Below are positions 63,620 through 64,000 of a stretch of 64,000 nt of DNA, piece by piece. The stretch's first letter is position 1; every line of letters begins with the position of its first letter. This DNA comes from Saccostrea echinata (Eukaryota): positions 20,708,001 through 20,772,000 of the forward strand of contig NW_026889761.1 in assembly GCF_033153115.1 (NCBI RefSeq), given 5' to 3'. The position numbers and the translations under genes are program-made. The notes under the pieces were generated by a model. That model was not told the origin of the DNA. It worked only from the letters and a program-made list of their open reading frames with translations, and made no database searches.

Positions 63620-64000
63620 ATGAGGAGGCATTGGCGATCAAACACAATATGCCTTGTCTTGGCTTTTATTGGTTTAATCACATGGATTTTCACTAGCCAC
63701 GTTTTCAATTCGAACGTTTCAAAGAAGTCTGTTGTTGAATTTGAAGTGCCAAGAAAAGTGGCCAAACAGTTTTTGTTACATCCGCAAGGAGGGGTGGATA
63801 ATGTAGAAAACAAGGACAAACGCTACTCACAGGTTAAACAAGATGAAGTAGTTTACGAAATTCTTAAAAAAGAGGGAGGATTTTTCCTCGATATTGGTGC
63901 TCACGATGGAGAGTTTTTGTCGAACACTCTTTGGTTGGAGAGACGACATGACTGGACAGGACTTCTGATAGAGGCTAATCCTGAACTCTGTGAAAAAATA
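63620..64000 (+). CDS. Star-like FkbM-family (Methyltransf_21) type II membrane methyltransferase, 5' part
   Basis: Open to the window end, so missing from the ORF track: MRRHWRSNTICLVLAFIGLITWIF (basic N-terminus + TM)...YSQVKQD...GFFLDIGAHDGEFLSNTLWLERRHDWTGLLIEANP. Acceptor TTTCAG at 63612. Confidence 0.9.
   Translation, partial: MRRHWRSNTICLVLAFIGLITWIFTSHVFNSNVSKKSVVEFEVPRKVAKQFLLHPQGGVDNVENKDKRYSQVKQDEVVYEILKKEGGFFLDIGAHDGEFLSNTLWLERRHDWTGLLIEANPELCEKI

Overview
AT-rich, intron-containing animal DNA. The gene families and repeat landscape point to a bivalve, probably an oyster (inference). Hand-spliced genes: an SH2-only protein (+, 1513-2757); a secreted Ly6/three-finger + Thr/His-rich linker + C-type lectin protein (-, 9368-12310); two B-box/B-box/coiled-coil (RING-less TRIM-like) paralogs whose second exon resembles the KH-like region of PARP14 (+, 12774-15024 and 24565-27100); two intact BDH1/RDH-like SDR genes (-, 28563-32643 and 37153-41470); and the 5' part of a Star-like FkbM methyltransferase (+, 63620 to window end). 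The lectin-TRIM-SDR block is tandemly duplicated with reciprocal gene loss: one SDR pseudogene and one lectin pseudogene. The rest is dense with transposons: Naiad-type Penelope-like retroelements, CR1-type LINEs, tRNA-derived SINEs, Helentron-type HINEs with internal satellites, a decayed mariner, MITEs and long-hairpin elements. Most notable are (1) a retrozyme-like insert with two tandem hammerhead ribozymes (346-nt period) and a target-site duplication, (2) the TRIM/PARP14-like fusion pair with a fast-diverging C-terminal domain, (3) the Ly6-mucin-lectin chimera, and (4) strongly enriched TACATGTA excision-footprint-like 8-mers, one polarised as an in-frame exon insertion. There is an assembly gap at 49898-50059. 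All exon models and counts were made by hand; no database searches were run.
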